From: Escherichia coli 042 | Lineage (GTDB): Bacteria > Pseudomonadota > Gammaproteobacteria > Enterobacterales > Enterobacteriaceae | DNA: 64,000 nt | Assembly: GCF_000027125.1 (NCBI RefSeq) | Contig: NC_017626.1 | Reading direction: 5' to 3' (one strand) | Shown: positions 1 to 10,516 of the stretch, in pieces | Numbering within the stretch: position 1 is the stretch's first letter | Layout: every line of letters starts with the position of its first letter | Translations under genes and position numbers: made by a program | The notes under the pieces: generated by a model | What the model saw: only the letters and a program-made list of their open reading frames with translations | What the model was told of the DNA's origin: nothing | The model's database searches: none

Positions 1-522
1 GTTTTCCTCTTTTTTCATCTCAATCGCACTGGCGCGGATATGCACCAGCAGGCGATAGTGGTGGCCGATACTTTCTACCGGCTCAATTTGTTTCCATTCT
101 GTGGCCTGGTCGTCTGAAAAATAGGCAATGACACCGATATAACCGGTTTTCTCATCCAGCTTGATCGGCGGCAGTGTTTTTACGGTGTCCGGCAACAGGT
201 TGAAGTCCTGGTGATCGATATAGTTCTTCCCCAGCACGTCGGGCAGCGCGGTGGTGGCAATCTGATCGTAATCGGCGGCCTGGAATTTGGAGTCGTCGCT
301 CAGATACACCAACTGGACATCCACCGGCGCGGCTTCACCGTCCGCCGTCAGGTTGCTGTCCGGCTCGGTCAGCAGCGTGACGGTCAGCTCGGTTGACTGA
401 TCCATCAGCTTTCCGACCTGAATATCCGGATTGCGGATCACCTGGCTGATTTTTTTCGCTGTTTCACAGCCAGTTAACACAACGCTCATCAGAACGCAGG
501 CCAGAAACGCTTTGCCGTTCAT
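1..522 (-). CDS. tssJ: T6SS outer-membrane lipoprotein TssJ (3' end runs off the left edge of the window)
   Basis: Reverse-strand ORF not in the ORF track because it lacks an in-window stop; N-terminus MNGKAFLACVLMSVVLTGCE is a signal peptide with lipobox LTGC; its ATG (520-522) overlaps the stop of the upstream gene (ATGA); sits in a T6SS operon. Confidence 0.55.
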   Translation of the reverse strand, partial: MNGKAFLACVLMSVVLTGCETAKKISQVIRNPDIQVGKLMDQSTELTVTLLTEPDSNLTADGEAAPVDVQLVYLSDDSKFQAADYDQIATTALPDVLGKNYIDHQDFNLLPDTVKTLPPIKLDEKTGYIGVIAYFSDDQATEWKQIEPVESIGHHYRLLVHIRASAIEMKKEEN

Positions 523-1811
523 GCTTCCGGCTCCCGCTGTTTTTCGCGCAGCACCCGGTCATAGACCTGGGCATAAACTTCATTGAACAGCATTTCAAAT
601 CCCTGCTGTCGGCTGGAGGCCAGTTCATCGTAATAGTTGCTGTACATCTGCCATGCCCAGGCGTTGTCCATTTTCTGGCGCAGCTCATGGCTGCGGCGGT
701 ATTGCGCAAAGCGGCGCATCAGGTTGCCCGGCGAGAAGGCGTCCAGCATGACACGCAACGCTTCCACAATCGCCGCCCGGTTGGCCTCTTCATGATGCCG
801 GATGTTGCGCAGGCTTTCGGCGATGGCCGCAGGTGCGGCGAGATGTACCGGGCTTTTACCCTCGGCGAACATGACGTTCAGCGCGGTGGGATAGTCCATA
901 TCAAGGCGCAACGGGTTGTCTTCCAGTGGACGCAGGTGTTTATCCGACAGGCTGTTCTGTTGTTGTTGCAGACTCAGCAATCCCTTAATGGCGGCCTGCA
1001 ACGCCCGTCCGGCCTCTTCGAGAAACTCATCCGCATCCTGAGAATTGTGCAGCGTCAGCGGACACTCCATACCGCGCAGCAGCGGGGTTACGGCCAGGTG
1101 GTACTGCGCCATGGCAGAAAATTCATCGCCGTCCTCATGACGGGCATTGCCGGGCGGCAGATCCATAAACGGCGTGTTGATCCCGTTTGCACCTGTCAGA
1201 TCGGAGGCGGGGGCAACGGGCCGGGAAACGCGTGGGGCGATCGGATCATCTGCCACCATCAGGCTTTCCGTCTGGAGTGCCTGGAGCGGATCGCTGGAAA
1301 AACCGTGCGCAACCGTGGGGGCAAGCTGATGCTGGAACGGCATTCCCGGATACGCCGGTTGTCCCTCGGTGGTCAACAGGGTGTCCGCCAGACTGTCGCG
1401 GTTCATTACAATCGTTTCCGGGGTCGCCATCCGCTCGTCATAGGTAACAGCTACACCGTCATGCAGAAACACTTTCAGCGCCAGTGCGCCGAGCTGGATC
1501 TCATCCCCCTGGCGCAGGCGGATGAGCGCATCGGAAGAGACCGGGGCCAGATTAATCATCAGTCCCGGCGTCAGGCACCGCAGGCAATAGGCTCCGTCGT
1601 GCCGGATAACGGTACAGGCACGCGCAGCAATGCTTCCCGCCCGGTCCTGTACCTGCCAGTGACATTCCGGCGTATGGCCAATATCACCGCCGTTTTCGCT
1701 GAACAGGCATTTTGCGGCGCGTCCGCTTTCCAGTTCGTTGCCATTCATCACCTGTAAAGTCAGTGAGGCCTGGCGGGATTGCTGTTTTTCCTCAGCCATA
1801 AGTGGTTCCAT
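519..1811 (-). CDS. FHA-domain T6SS-associated protein (TagH/Fha-like); start placed at internal Met MEPLMAEEK 5 nt after the tssG stop
   Basis: N-terminal region (TLQVMNGNELESG...IRHDGAYCLRCLTPGLMINLAPVS...LRQGDEIQLG) reads as a forkhead-associated fold; lies between tssG and tssJ; the track ORF start at 1907 would overlap tssG by 90 nt. Confidence 0.5.
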   Translation of the reverse strand: MEPLMAEEKQQSRQASLTLQVMNGNELESGRAAKCLFSENGGDIGHTPECHWQVQDRAGSIAARACTVIRHDGAYCLRCLTPGLMINLAPVSSDALIRLRQGDEIQLGALALKVFLHDGVAVTYDERMATPETIVMNRDSLADTLLTTEGQPAYPGMPFQHQLAPTVAHGFSSDPLQALQTESLMVADDPIAPRVSRPVAPASDLTGANGINTPFMDLPPGNARHEDGDEFSAMAQYHLAVTPLLRGMECPLTLHNSQDADEFLEEAGRALQAAIKGLLSLQQQQNSLSDKHLRPLEDNPLRLDMDYPTALNVMFAEGKSPVHLAAPAAIAESLRNIRHHEEANRAAIVEALRVMLDAFSPGNLMRRFAQYRRSHELRQKMDNAWAWQMYSNYYDELASSRQQGFEMLFNEVYAQVYDRVLREKQREPEA

Positions 1812-1815
1812 AGAA

Positions 1816-2865
1816 TTATTCCCTGATTCGGATTGTGATGGCGGGCGGTACTTTCGGCTGACCAATAAAGCTGGTTCTGCCGAGGCGGGAGCTGGCAGGA
1901 TCGCCAAGGCGCATCCCTTTAGCCTGCTGTGGTGCTAGGCACAGCCGTAAATCCCAGGCAAACTGGTCGCGCAGAATAAAGGAAAGGAACATGGTCAGCG
2001 GCAGGTGATTTTCGCCATCGGGTAAAAATGAGAGATAACGCTCCCGCGACAGGCCGCCAATCTGCAACAGGAATTTTCCGCTGCGATCCGGCACCCGTGC
2101 GCCGAGGGTAAAATTAACGCCGAGTATGGAGCGTCCCGGAATATGTCCAGCCGTTTTTCCTTTCGGATTACGTACACCCAGCCGGTTCTGGTGTGCCGGA
2201 TCAATGGCGACTTTACGCAGTTGCCAGCGTTCAATGGTGACATCCGGCAAATCAAAACAGTGCGACACCAGATTACAGATAACCTCCGGCGCGCGGCCTG
2301 GTGTTGCCAGAATTCCGGCGTAGGCCAGCATTTTGCTGTGGTTAATGGCAAGCCTGTCACGCACGCTCTGATTACCCAGCCCGACCAGTGCGTACATGCG
2401 CTGTGAAAAGGTGTCAGTACCGCCGTTACGAAAGCAGATGTAGTAGCGGTATTTGCGCCAGGCATGATAGGCAAACTGTGTCCAGCGGTGGCTGAATAGA
2501 TCGAGAAATTCTTTCAGGCCGTCTTCGTTCTGTGCGGACTCCTGCGCCATCTGATCCAGATAATAGCCCGGTAGCGGCGACTGGCTGCCGGAAAAGCCCA
2601 GGAAACGGGTTTGCAGTACATACTGTCCGTTCTGGCTACGGGAAAGCACACTCAGGTCCGTACCCGGAAAACCGATATTGGCGTCAGAGCTGAAACGCAC
2701 GATCTCTTGGGCTGGCTCGGTACGCAGGGAAATATCCTGGCCCGGAGCGCCATACCGACGGTACAGCGCCTCCATCAGCACATAGAAATTGCAGTTGCGC
2801 ACATCCGCCGATAACGGCGGTTTTGTCGCTATATAAGGGCGTGCTGACCCATTTTCTCCTGCCAT
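1816..2865 (-). CDS. tssG: T6SS baseplate subunit TssG
   Basis: 349-aa ORF directly downstream of and overlapping tssF, typical TssG size and position; recognised from translation. Confidence 0.8.
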   Translation of the reverse strand: MAGENGSARPYIATKPPLSADVRNCNFYVLMEALYRRYGAPGQDISLRTEPAQEIVRFSSDANIGFPGTDLSVLSRSQNGQYVLQTRFLGFSGSQSPLPGYYLDQMAQESAQNEDGLKEFLDLFSHRWTQFAYHAWRKYRYYICFRNGGTDTFSQRMYALVGLGNQSVRDRLAINHSKMLAYAGILATPGRAPEVICNLVSHCFDLPDVTIERWQLRKVAIDPAHQNRLGVRNPKGKTAGHIPGRSILGVNFTLGARVPDRSGKFLLQIGGLSRERYLSFLPDGENHLPLTMFLSFILRDQFAWDLRLCLAPQQAKGMRLGDPASSRLGRTSFIGQPKVPPAITIRIRE

Positions 2866-4688
2866 TCCCAGGCCTCCTGACTTTCCGTGTTGATGATTTT
2901 CAGACAGTGGTACGAATTGATGCTGGCGTAGAGAGCAAAAAAGTGCGAGAGCACTGTACCAAGAAGATAAATTTCACCTTCGCAGATAAATGGATCGGGA
3001 CGTATCCACAGCGTGGTCGCCAGCCCGCGAACCGGCACGCCTTTAAACAACCTGTCAACAGGTTTGGTTTCGAGTTTTTCTATGGCATCCAGTTTCTGGC
3101 GCGACAGTCTGGCCCGCTGCGGATGGTGAGCGCCTGGCAGGTCGAAGGTCCGCAGGATCTGGATCAGTGTCTCCCTGTCCAGCAGGGATAGGTAGTTCAG
3201 GTTCATCGCGGAAATCAGCGACCAGTGCATGTCGCCGTCCGTGACTGGCCAGAGCGGCTGCGTCGGGCGTGTGACATTATGAAATGAGGCCACCGCCGGG
3301 TTTTTGTTGACGGCCACGCAGATATCGCCGATATGCAGCCGAGCAGGGATCATACGGTTGGTACAGATTAATGACGTGGTGATCACATCATCATTAAACC
3401 GTGAGCTGTCCGGAATGCTGCCGTCCGCATGGACAAAGGCGATACTATGTTCAAGCCCGCGGTGAAACAGGGATGTTTTAGTCCGGTGATGCCAGTAGAC
3501 GACTTCCCGCTGGCGGCTGTACTCCATCTGGTGCTGGAAACTTTCAAATTCGGGCCAGACACGCGCCTGGCTGCCAGGGTTGGATTCAGTACCTGAAACT
3601 TTGACTTTGCTGGTGACTGTGCTTATCTGAAAAATGTCATAAGCGTCGGGATGCCGGTGGCTGGCGCGCAGCGGGTATTCCGCTATCCGCCCATCAGGCC
3701 TGACGGGTTCCGCATAATGCGTAAACAGGTTAATGGCTGGCGTACAGTGCAGACGCAGTGAGTCCCGGCGTAGCTTGATGTCGGCAGGTAACGGGCGGTT
3801 AAAGTGCAGGCGCAGCGTAAACGCGCTGGCCGGGAAATCGTCCGGTAGTGGCGCAACATCGCGCAGATGGAAAAAAAAGAAGGCTTCGGGATAGCAGAAA
3901 TACTCCTGGAGTACCCGATAGCCGCTGTGGACATTTTTCGGCCACGGCAGCAGTGCGTCCTGGTTTTCAAATCCGGCGGCCTCCAGCCACAGATCCGGCA
4001 GCGGCAGGCGGTACTCTCCGGCAATCAGTTCCGCATCCATCAGGCATTCGCAAAACCACAGATAAAGTTGGTGTCGGGTATAATCGTCTTCATTACCCAG
4101 CCAGAACGTTATTTTGTTCAGGTCAAGCATGGCGGGGGAGACATTGTTATCTGCGGTAAAACTGATATCTATGATGCCTTCTTTCAGGCTGCTGGCGTTG
4201 TGGGTGTCGAGAATGCGCAGTGGTTGCAGCCAGATATCGCGCGCCAGCGTGAAATGACAGGCTACGGAAGAAACGATTTTATCATGATTGTCAGACAGCA
4301 CCTTCTGAGCAGCCAGGGCGGACTTTTCTGAGCGGCTTCTGATCAGTTCATTACGGCAGACTTGAACAGGGACTTTTAACTGATCGGTTTTGGGTTCATA
4401 GGCAATAACCGTCATGGCCGGAACTGGGCGTAAATAGTTTGCCCACAGCATACGGATTAGCCCATGGGTGAATTCGGGGAATTCGTCCTCAAGTTTCTGA
4501 CGCAGGCTACCGGACATAAAGGCAAAGGCTTCCATCAGACGCTCCACGTCCGGATCACCCTCTTTCTCGGCCAGAAAGTGGGCCAGATGTGGTTTTTCCT
4601 GCGCCAGCAGTTTGCCAAGCTGGCGAAGATAATCCAGCTCTTCGCGGTAGTAACGTTCTTCAAAAGCCACAGAGATCACTCCACACAA
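2829..4688 (-). CDS. tssF: T6SS baseplate subunit TssF
   Basis: 619-aa ORF, size and order (tssE-tssF-tssG) typical of TssF. Confidence 0.85.
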   Translation of the reverse strand: MCGVISVAFEERYYREELDYLRQLGKLLAQEKPHLAHFLAEKEGDPDVERLMEAFAFMSGSLRQKLEDEFPEFTHGLIRMLWANYLRPVPAMTVIAYEPKTDQLKVPVQVCRNELIRSRSEKSALAAQKVLSDNHDKIVSSVACHFTLARDIWLQPLRILDTHNASSLKEGIIDISFTADNNVSPAMLDLNKITFWLGNEDDYTRHQLYLWFCECLMDAELIAGEYRLPLPDLWLEAAGFENQDALLPWPKNVHSGYRVLQEYFCYPEAFFFFHLRDVAPLPDDFPASAFTLRLHFNRPLPADIKLRRDSLRLHCTPAINLFTHYAEPVRPDGRIAEYPLRASHRHPDAYDIFQISTVTSKVKVSGTESNPGSQARVWPEFESFQHQMEYSRQREVVYWHHRTKTSLFHRGLEHSIAFVHADGSIPDSSRFNDDVITTSLICTNRMIPARLHIGDICVAVNKNPAVASFHNVTRPTQPLWPVTDGDMHWSLISAMNLNYLSLLDRETLIQILRTFDLPGAHHPQRARLSRQKLDAIEKLETKPVDRLFKGVPVRGLATTLWIRPDPFICEGEIYLLGTVLSHFFALYASINSYHCLKIINTESQEAWEWQEKMGQHALI

Positions 4689-5101
4689 TAGCGTTGATGA
4701 TTGTCCAGCAAAATGTCAAATTCAAACACTCCCCTGGTTTCGCTGACATCGACCGTAGCCACAATATGAAAACGTAGTTCCACAGGGGCGTATTCATCCG
4801 GTGCCGCAGCCGTAACAACAACATCGGTAATACGAGGTTCGTAATGTAAAATGCACTGGCTAATGGACTTACGGATTTCTCGTCTGAAATCGCTGGAGGC
4901 CAGCGATTCATCATTTAAATCAGTAATCCCCAGCTCTGGTGAGCCATAACAACTGCCGGAGCGGGTATTCAGGACCTGTCGCAGGTTACGTCTGATGGAA
5001 CGTATCAGTGCTTCTTTTGTATTCTGGTATGAAGGCGGGTTGGCCGCCTCACGAATACGTTCAAAAAGACTGCTGGTTGGCCCTGAATCCCGTCTTTGCA
5101 T
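4676..5101 (-). CDS. tssE: T6SS baseplate subunit TssE (gp25-like)
   Basis: 141-aa ORF immediately after tssC; gp25/GPW-like small protein by size and sequence character. Confidence 0.8.
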   Translation of the reverse strand: MQRRDSGPTSSLFERIREAANPPSYQNTKEALIRSIRRNLRQVLNTRSGSCYGSPELGITDLNDESLASSDFRREIRKSISQCILHYEPRITDVVVTAAAPDEYAPVELRFHIVATVDVSETRGVFEFDILLDNHQRYCVE

Positions 5102-5105
5102 CTGA

Positions 5106-6590
5106 TTATTCCTTATCCAGTCGTCCGACCAGACTCAGGTCGAAACTGGCACCCATGTATTTAAAATGCGGTCTGACAGAAATCGCGACCTGGTACCAGC
5201 CTGGCTCACCATCCACATCAAGTACCTCGATCTTCGCCTGACGTAATGGTCGGTGGCTGCGGACTTCGGCAGGCGGATTCTCCTGGTCGGCCACATACTG
5301 GCGAATCCAGGTGTTCAGCTCACGCTCCAGGTCACTGCGTTCTTTCCATGAGCCAAGCTGTTCGCGCTGAATTACCTTGATGTAATGCGCTAACCTACTG
5401 ATTACAAATAAGTATGGCAGCTGAGTGCCGAGTTTATAGTTGGTCTCCGCAGCCTTGCCTTCGGGGGTTTTGGGGAATTTTTTGGGTTTCTGCACCGAGT
5501 TGGCCGAGAAAAAGCACGCATTATCAGATCCTTTACGCATGGTCAGTGTGATAAAGCCTTCTTCCGCCAGCTCATACTCTCTCCGGTCAGTGATCAACAC
5601 TTCAGTCGGAATTTTTGCCTGCATTTGCCCCATGGATTCATACAGATGCACCGGGAGGTCTTTGACTGCGCCGCCGCTGGAAGGGCCAATGATATTGGGA
5701 CACCAGCGATATTTAGCAAAACTTTCAGCCAGGTTCGCAGCTAGTAAAAACGAGGTGTTCCCCCACAAATAAGACTCGTGACTCTGGCTGACGTCTTCAT
5801 GGTAACGGAAGGTCCTGGCTGGGTTCTCATCTGGCGAGTAAGGGTGACGCAGCAGGAACCGGGGGGCAGTCAGTCCCAGGTAGCGTGAATCTTCAGATTC
5901 ACGCAAGGCACGCCAGCGGGAATAGGCCGGGCCTTCAAAGATTGCTCCTGGTTCTTTGATCCCTGGTAACTCTGTCCATGAGTCCAGACCGAAAAATTCG
6001 GATGATACTGATGAGAGGAACGGGCTGTGCGCCATCGCACTGACCTGGCTGATATATTTCAGCAACTTCATATCCGGCGTGGTGTTCTTAAAGGCAAAGT
6101 TGCCGATTACCGCCGCCACTGGCTCACCGCCAAATTGTCCGTAACCGCTTGAATATACATGCTTGTAATACGCAGACTGCGTGATTTCAGGTGCAAATTC
6201 GAAATCATCCAGCAGTTCTTCCTGAGTGACATTCAGGAAATGGACCTTGATGTTTTCCCGTGTATCCGCGCGTTCAACCAGCAGCTTCAGCGAGCGCAGC
6301 AGGGATTCCAGTTCCTGAAACTCCGGGGCATGAATAATGGCATCCATCTGCCTGCTGGTTCGGGCATCAATATCAGCAATCATGGCGTCAACGGCCAGGA
6401 TATTGATAGGTTCAGCGCTACTGTCGCCCTGTAACATGGCGGCAATAAAGGCGCTCACGCCCTGGCGGGTGATATCGTAGCTTTCTGATTTAGGCTGGAC
6501 GCGGGTTTGCGCCATGATTTCATCAAGCAGAGATGGGGGCGCGGCGGTTTGCGACGCGCTGACGGGAGCAATATCTTCCTTTACTGACAT
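5106..6590 (-). CDS. tssC: T6SS contractile sheath large subunit TssC (VipB)
   Basis: 494-aa ORF following tssB; sheath large-subunit size and conserved character. Confidence 0.9.
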   Translation of the reverse strand: MSVKEDIAPVSASQTAAPPSLLDEIMAQTRVQPKSESYDITRQGVSAFIAAMLQGDSSAEPINILAVDAMIADIDARTSRQMDAIIHAPEFQELESLLRSLKLLVERADTRENIKVHFLNVTQEELLDDFEFAPEITQSAYYKHVYSSGYGQFGGEPVAAVIGNFAFKNTTPDMKLLKYISQVSAMAHSPFLSSVSSEFFGLDSWTELPGIKEPGAIFEGPAYSRWRALRESEDSRYLGLTAPRFLLRHPYSPDENPARTFRYHEDVSQSHESYLWGNTSFLLAANLAESFAKYRWCPNIIGPSSGGAVKDLPVHLYESMGQMQAKIPTEVLITDRREYELAEEGFITLTMRKGSDNACFFSANSVQKPKKFPKTPEGKAAETNYKLGTQLPYLFVISRLAHYIKVIQREQLGSWKERSDLERELNTWIRQYVADQENPPAEVRSHRPLRQAKIEVLDVDGEPGWYQVAISVRPHFKYMGASFDLSLVGRLDKE

Positions 6591-6612
6591 ACTGAAAATC
6601 CTTCTGTGAAAA

Positions 6613-7116
6613 TTATTTCTGAGCGGCGATACCCAGTTCTTGGATCAGCTGCTCGCGGCTGTCTTCGTTTTCCAGTAGCGCCTGAAGTTGTGCGCGGAAG
6701 GCCGGAATATTGCCTAGTGGAGACTTAAGTGCGACCAGAGCTTCACGCAATTCGAGCAGACGTTTTATTTCTGGTACCTGGCTGGCAATATGGTCCGGAG
6801 AAAGGTCATCCATAGATTTGACTTTCAGGTTGACGTACATTTGCTCATTGGGAGCGTCACTGAGTTCAGCCGGAACAACAAACTCCCGTTCAATGTCAGC
6901 TTCTGAAATGACTGCGTTGAGGTTATAGCGGTTGATAGCAATGGCAGTTCGCTCGTCCAACGGCGTGTTATCTGGTTTCCCTTTCAGATTGCCGGTGATC
7001 AATAAATTCAGCGGCAATTCGATATCAGCAGCCACCCCATCAACTTTTGGTGTATACCGAACGCTGATTCTTTCTTTCGGCGCGACACTGCCGCCATTGT
7101 TGTTCATTTTGCTCAT
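6613..7116 (-). CDS. tssB: T6SS contractile sheath small subunit TssB (VipA)
   Basis: 167-aa ORF, first gene of the minus-strand operon, divergent from hcp. Confidence 0.9.
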   Translation of the reverse strand: MSKMNNNGGSVAPKERISVRYTPKVDGVAADIELPLNLLITGNLKGKPDNTPLDERTAIAINRYNLNAVISEADIEREFVVPAELSDAPNEQMYVNLKVKSMDDLSPDHIASQVPEIKRLLELREALVALKSPLGNIPAFRAQLQALLENEDSREQLIQELGIAAQK

Positions 7117-7818
7117 AAAAATGTTCCCGTTCAGGCCATGAGCACAGCATTTTCGTACTGCATAAAAATACCGAAGATACCGTTTCAGTGGCAGTTAGAT
7201 AATGTAACCTTCCTTCTGTTGTGATCGGTATTCTACTCATGAAATAAAATATTAAAAGAACTATTTATATTTTAGAAAGAGATGTATTCTTCCTTGCTAA
7301 TATATTATAGTGAAATAAATTTTGGTATTTATAGACTTGATGAATATGATTTTACGGTCAATAAAATGCCATAATATATTGATTTATATGTATTTATTAA
7401 ATTTATTAATAAGTTTTATGTATGGTTTTATCAATTGATTAATTGCTGGCAATACATCATAAGGAATTCCTTTAAGGAATGTCTTAATTGCGTGCTGGAA
7501 CGATGGCTGAGTAAGTGTCGTAATAATTTGTTTTTGACGCGGCTGTGGATTTTTATGGGGGGAAGGATACGTTATGGATAATTCTGCTGTTGAAGTTGAT
7601 ATATTTTTAGCTTATGTGACCGTGTTCTGAAATTGACTAAAAATATATTTAAACACCATAAAAGAGTTTTTCAGTAGGTGCTAATTACGTGTGCCTGTAA
7701 CTCGAATAAAGAAAAGGGTGTGGTTCCTGATGTGAGCCGCATCACACTCTAACCCGTCGGGGATTAACGACGGGTTGTTCGTAAAACAGCAGTTGATAAT
7801 TTCACAAGGAGTTCATAA
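7117..7818. promoter_or_regulatory. AT-rich ~700 bp divergent control region between tssB and hcp
   Basis: No credible ORF; very low GC compared with flanking genes; contains a single GATC (about 7224) and the palindrome AAGGAATTCCTT (about 7463-7474); must hold promoters for both divergent operons. Confidence 0.5.
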
Positions 7819-8337
7819 ATGCCAACCCCATGTTACATTTCAATTACAGGTCAGACCCAGGGGAACATCACTGCCGGTGCTTTCACCGCAGATTCTGTCG
7901 GCAATATCTACGTGCAGGGACACGAAGATGAAATGCTGGTGCAGGAGTTTCTGCATAACGTTACTGTTCCAACCGATCCACAGTCTGGTCAACCTTCCGG
8001 GCAGCGCGCGCACAAACCGTTCATTTTCACCGTGGCGCTGAACAAAGCCGTTCCGCTGCTGTACAACGCGCTGGCCTCCGGTGAAATGCTGCCGAAAGTG
8101 GAGCTGCACTGGTGGCGTACTTCAGTTGAAGGCAAGCAGGAGCACTACTTCACCACACGTCTTACTGACGCGACGATTGTGGACATGAACCTGCACATGC
8201 CGCACTGCCAGGACCCTGCACAGCGTGAGTTTACGCAATTGCTCGCAGTATCACTGGCATACCGTAAGGTTGAGTGGGAGCACATCAAATCCGGTACTTC
8301 TGGTGCCGATGACTGGCGTGCACCGCTGGAAGCATAA
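7819..8337 (+). CDS. hcp: T6SS inner tube protein Hcp
   Basis: 172-aa ORF with Hcp-family character; RBS AAGGAG 8 nt upstream; strong terminator downstream. Confidence 0.9.
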   Translation: MPTPCYISITGQTQGNITAGAFTADSVGNIYVQGHEDEMLVQEFLHNVTVPTDPQSGQPSGQRAHKPFIFTVALNKAVPLLYNALASGEMLPKVELHWWRTSVEGKQEHYFTTRLTDATIVDMNLHMPHCQDPAQREFTQLLAVSLAYRKVEWEHIKSGTSGADDWRAPLEA

Positions 8338-8348
8338 ATCTGAGTCAA

Positions 8349-8385
8349 CAACATCCTGCCTTCGTGCAGGATGTTGTTTTTGTAC
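8349..8385 (+). terminator. Rho-independent terminator after hcp
   Basis: Stem ACAACATCCTGC / GCAGGATGTTGT with 6-nt loop followed by TTTTT. Confidence 0.6.
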
Positions 8386-8557
8386 GTGTAAAAAATGAGT
8401 GTCAGTAAGGAGTTACGCTTTCATGAGGGAGATGGCGGATGCCGGAAACCCGGGCGGTAGCGTACCTGAAAATGTAAAGATGAGTGTAACGCTGCACTGG
8501 CACCCTTTGCTGCATGGTAAGAATCATTTGGTCCGTGAATAAATCAGGGAGGTCATT

Positions 8558-10516
8558 ATGTCCTTAAAAGGTCTGCGCTTTACGCTGGAGATTGACGGCC
8601 AGGAGCCGGACACCTTTGCAGTGGTGCATTTCAGGTTAATCCAGAACCAGTCTTATCCGTTTGTGATGAGTGTGGATGTTGCCAGCGACTCTTTTATGCA
8701 GACGGCGGAGATGCTGCTGGAGAAGAAGGCGACGCTGACCATCTGGCAGGGCGTCATCCCGCTGCGTTATGTCACCGGCGTGGTGGCGGGTTTTGGCATG
8801 CAGGAGAACAATGGCTGGCAGATGCGTTATCACCTGCGTATTGAGCCGCCGTTATGGCGGTGCGGGCTGCGGCAGAACTTCCGTATCTTCCAGCAGCAGG
8901 ATATCCGGACGATATCGGCCACGTTACTGAACGAGAACGGCGTCACGGAGTGGACACCGCTGTTTTATGAGGACCATCCGGCGCGGGAGTTCTGTGTCCA
9001 GTACGGGGAAAGCGACCTGGCGTTTCTGGCGCGGTTGTGGGCGGAGGAGGGAATTTTCTTCTTTGAGCGGTTTGCGGCGGACAGTCCGGAGCAGAAGCTG
9101 ACGCTGTGCGACGATGTGGCGGGGCTGTCACAGGCGGGAGAGCTTCCGTTTAACCCGGACACATCGGCAGGAGCGGAGACAGAGTGTGTCAGTATGTTCC
9201 GTTATGAGGCGTATGTCCGCCCGTCGTCGGTGCAGAGCCAGGATTACACGTTTAAGGTGCCGGACTGGCCGGGGATGTATGAGCAGCAGGGTGAGAACCT
9301 GAACGGACAGCTGGAGCAGTATGAGATATTTGATTATCCGGGAAGGTTCAAGGATGAACAGCACGGCAAGGATTTCACGCTGTACCAGATGGAGAGCCTG
9401 CGCAGTGATGCGGAAAAGGCCACAGGGCAGAGTAATTCACCGAAGCTGTGGCCGGGAACGCGGTTTACGCTGACGGGGCATCCGCAGAAGATGCTGAACC
9501 GTGAATGGCAGGTGGTACAGAGTATTCTGTCAGGGGACCAGCCGCAGGCGCTGCACGGCAGCCAGGGGAGAGGAACCACGCTGGGAAATCAGTTAGAGGT
9601 GATACCGGCGGACCGGACGTGGCGTCCACGGCTGCAAAGCAAACCGAAGGTGGACGGGCCACAGAGCGCCATTGTCACCGGTCCTGCGGGAGAGGAAATC
9701 TTCTGCGACGAACACGGACGTGTGCGAGTGCAGTTTCACTGGGACAGGTATAACCCGGCAACGGAGGCGAGTTCATGCTGGGTGAGGGTGTCGCAGGCGT
9801 GGGCGGGGCCGGGATTTGGTAACCTGGCGATACCGCGCATCGGCCAGGAAGTGATTGTAGACTTCCTGAACGGCGACCCGGACCAGCCGATAATCATGGG
9901 GCGGACGTACCATGAGGACAACCGTTCGCCGGGGAGTCTGCCGGGGACGAAGACGCAGATGACGATACGGTCGAAGACCTATAAAGGAAGCGGCTTTAAT
10001 GAACTGCGGTTCGAGGACGCGACGGACAAGGAAGAAATTTACCTGCACGCACAGAAAAATATGCAAGTCGTTGTGCTGAACAGCAAGGATAAGCGGGTCA
10101 ACTATGACCGGACGGTCAGCATCGGGCATGATGAATCCCTGGTGGTGGCAAATGACCGGAAAGTGACGGTTGAAGGTAAACAGGACCATAAAACCACCAA
10201 AGACCATGTCAGCCTGACAGAGGGCAATCAGGGGCTGGAGGTGAAAGGCGATCTGGCACAGAAAATAAGCGGCGCGCTGGGTATCAGCGTACAGGGCGAT
10301 ATTGTTTTACAGAGCGACAGCAAAATCAGTCTGCGGGTGGGCGGTTCATTTGTGGTGATCCATTCCGGCGGCGTGGATATTAAGGGCGCGAAAATCAATC
10401 TTAACGGCGGAGGCAGTCCGGGAGACGTGATCCTGCCGATGCGCCCGGTGATCCTGAAAGCCGCAGCCGGAAGCGGGACAATGTTTGTGGCGCACTGCCC
10501 GAAGGAGGATAAGTGA
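8558..10516 (+). CDS. vgrG: T6SS spike protein VgrG (core gp27/gp5-like, no long C-terminal extension)
   Basis: 652-aa ORF with VgrG character including the C-terminal repetitive beta-helix region (VVLNSKDKRVNYDRTVSIGHDESLVVANDRKVTVEG...). Confidence 0.9.
   Translation: MSLKGLRFTLEIDGQEPDTFAVVHFRLIQNQSYPFVMSVDVASDSFMQTAEMLLEKKATLTIWQGVIPLRYVTGVVAGFGMQENNGWQMRYHLRIEPPLWRCGLRQNFRIFQQQDIRTISATLLNENGVTEWTPLFYEDHPAREFCVQYGESDLAFLARLWAEEGIFFFERFAADSPEQKLTLCDDVAGLSQAGELPFNPDTSAGAETECVSMFRYEAYVRPSSVQSQDYTFKVPDWPGMYEQQGENLNGQLEQYEIFDYPGRFKDEQHGKDFTLYQMESLRSDAEKATGQSNSPKLWPGTRFTLTGHPQKMLNREWQVVQSILSGDQPQALHGSQGRGTTLGNQLEVIPADRTWRPRLQSKPKVDGPQSAIVTGPAGEEIFCDEHGRVRVQFHWDRYNPATEASSCWVRVSQAWAGPGFGNLAIPRIGQEVIVDFLNGDPDQPIIMGRTYHEDNRSPGSLPGTKTQMTIRSKTYKGSGFNELRFEDATDKEEIYLHAQKNMQVVVLNSKDKRVNYDRTVSIGHDESLVVANDRKVTVEGKQDHKTTKDHVSLTEGNQGLEVKGDLAQKISGALGISVQGDIVLQSDSKISLRVGGSFVVIHSGGVDIKGAKINLNGGGSPGDVILPMRPVILKAAAGSGTMFVAHCPKEDK

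Noticed and set aside
687-1757. 356-aa plus-strand ORF
   Set aside because: Lies antisense within the TagH-like gene; Arg/Gly/His-rich low-complexity translation typical of a GC-rich antisense frame; no RBS context.
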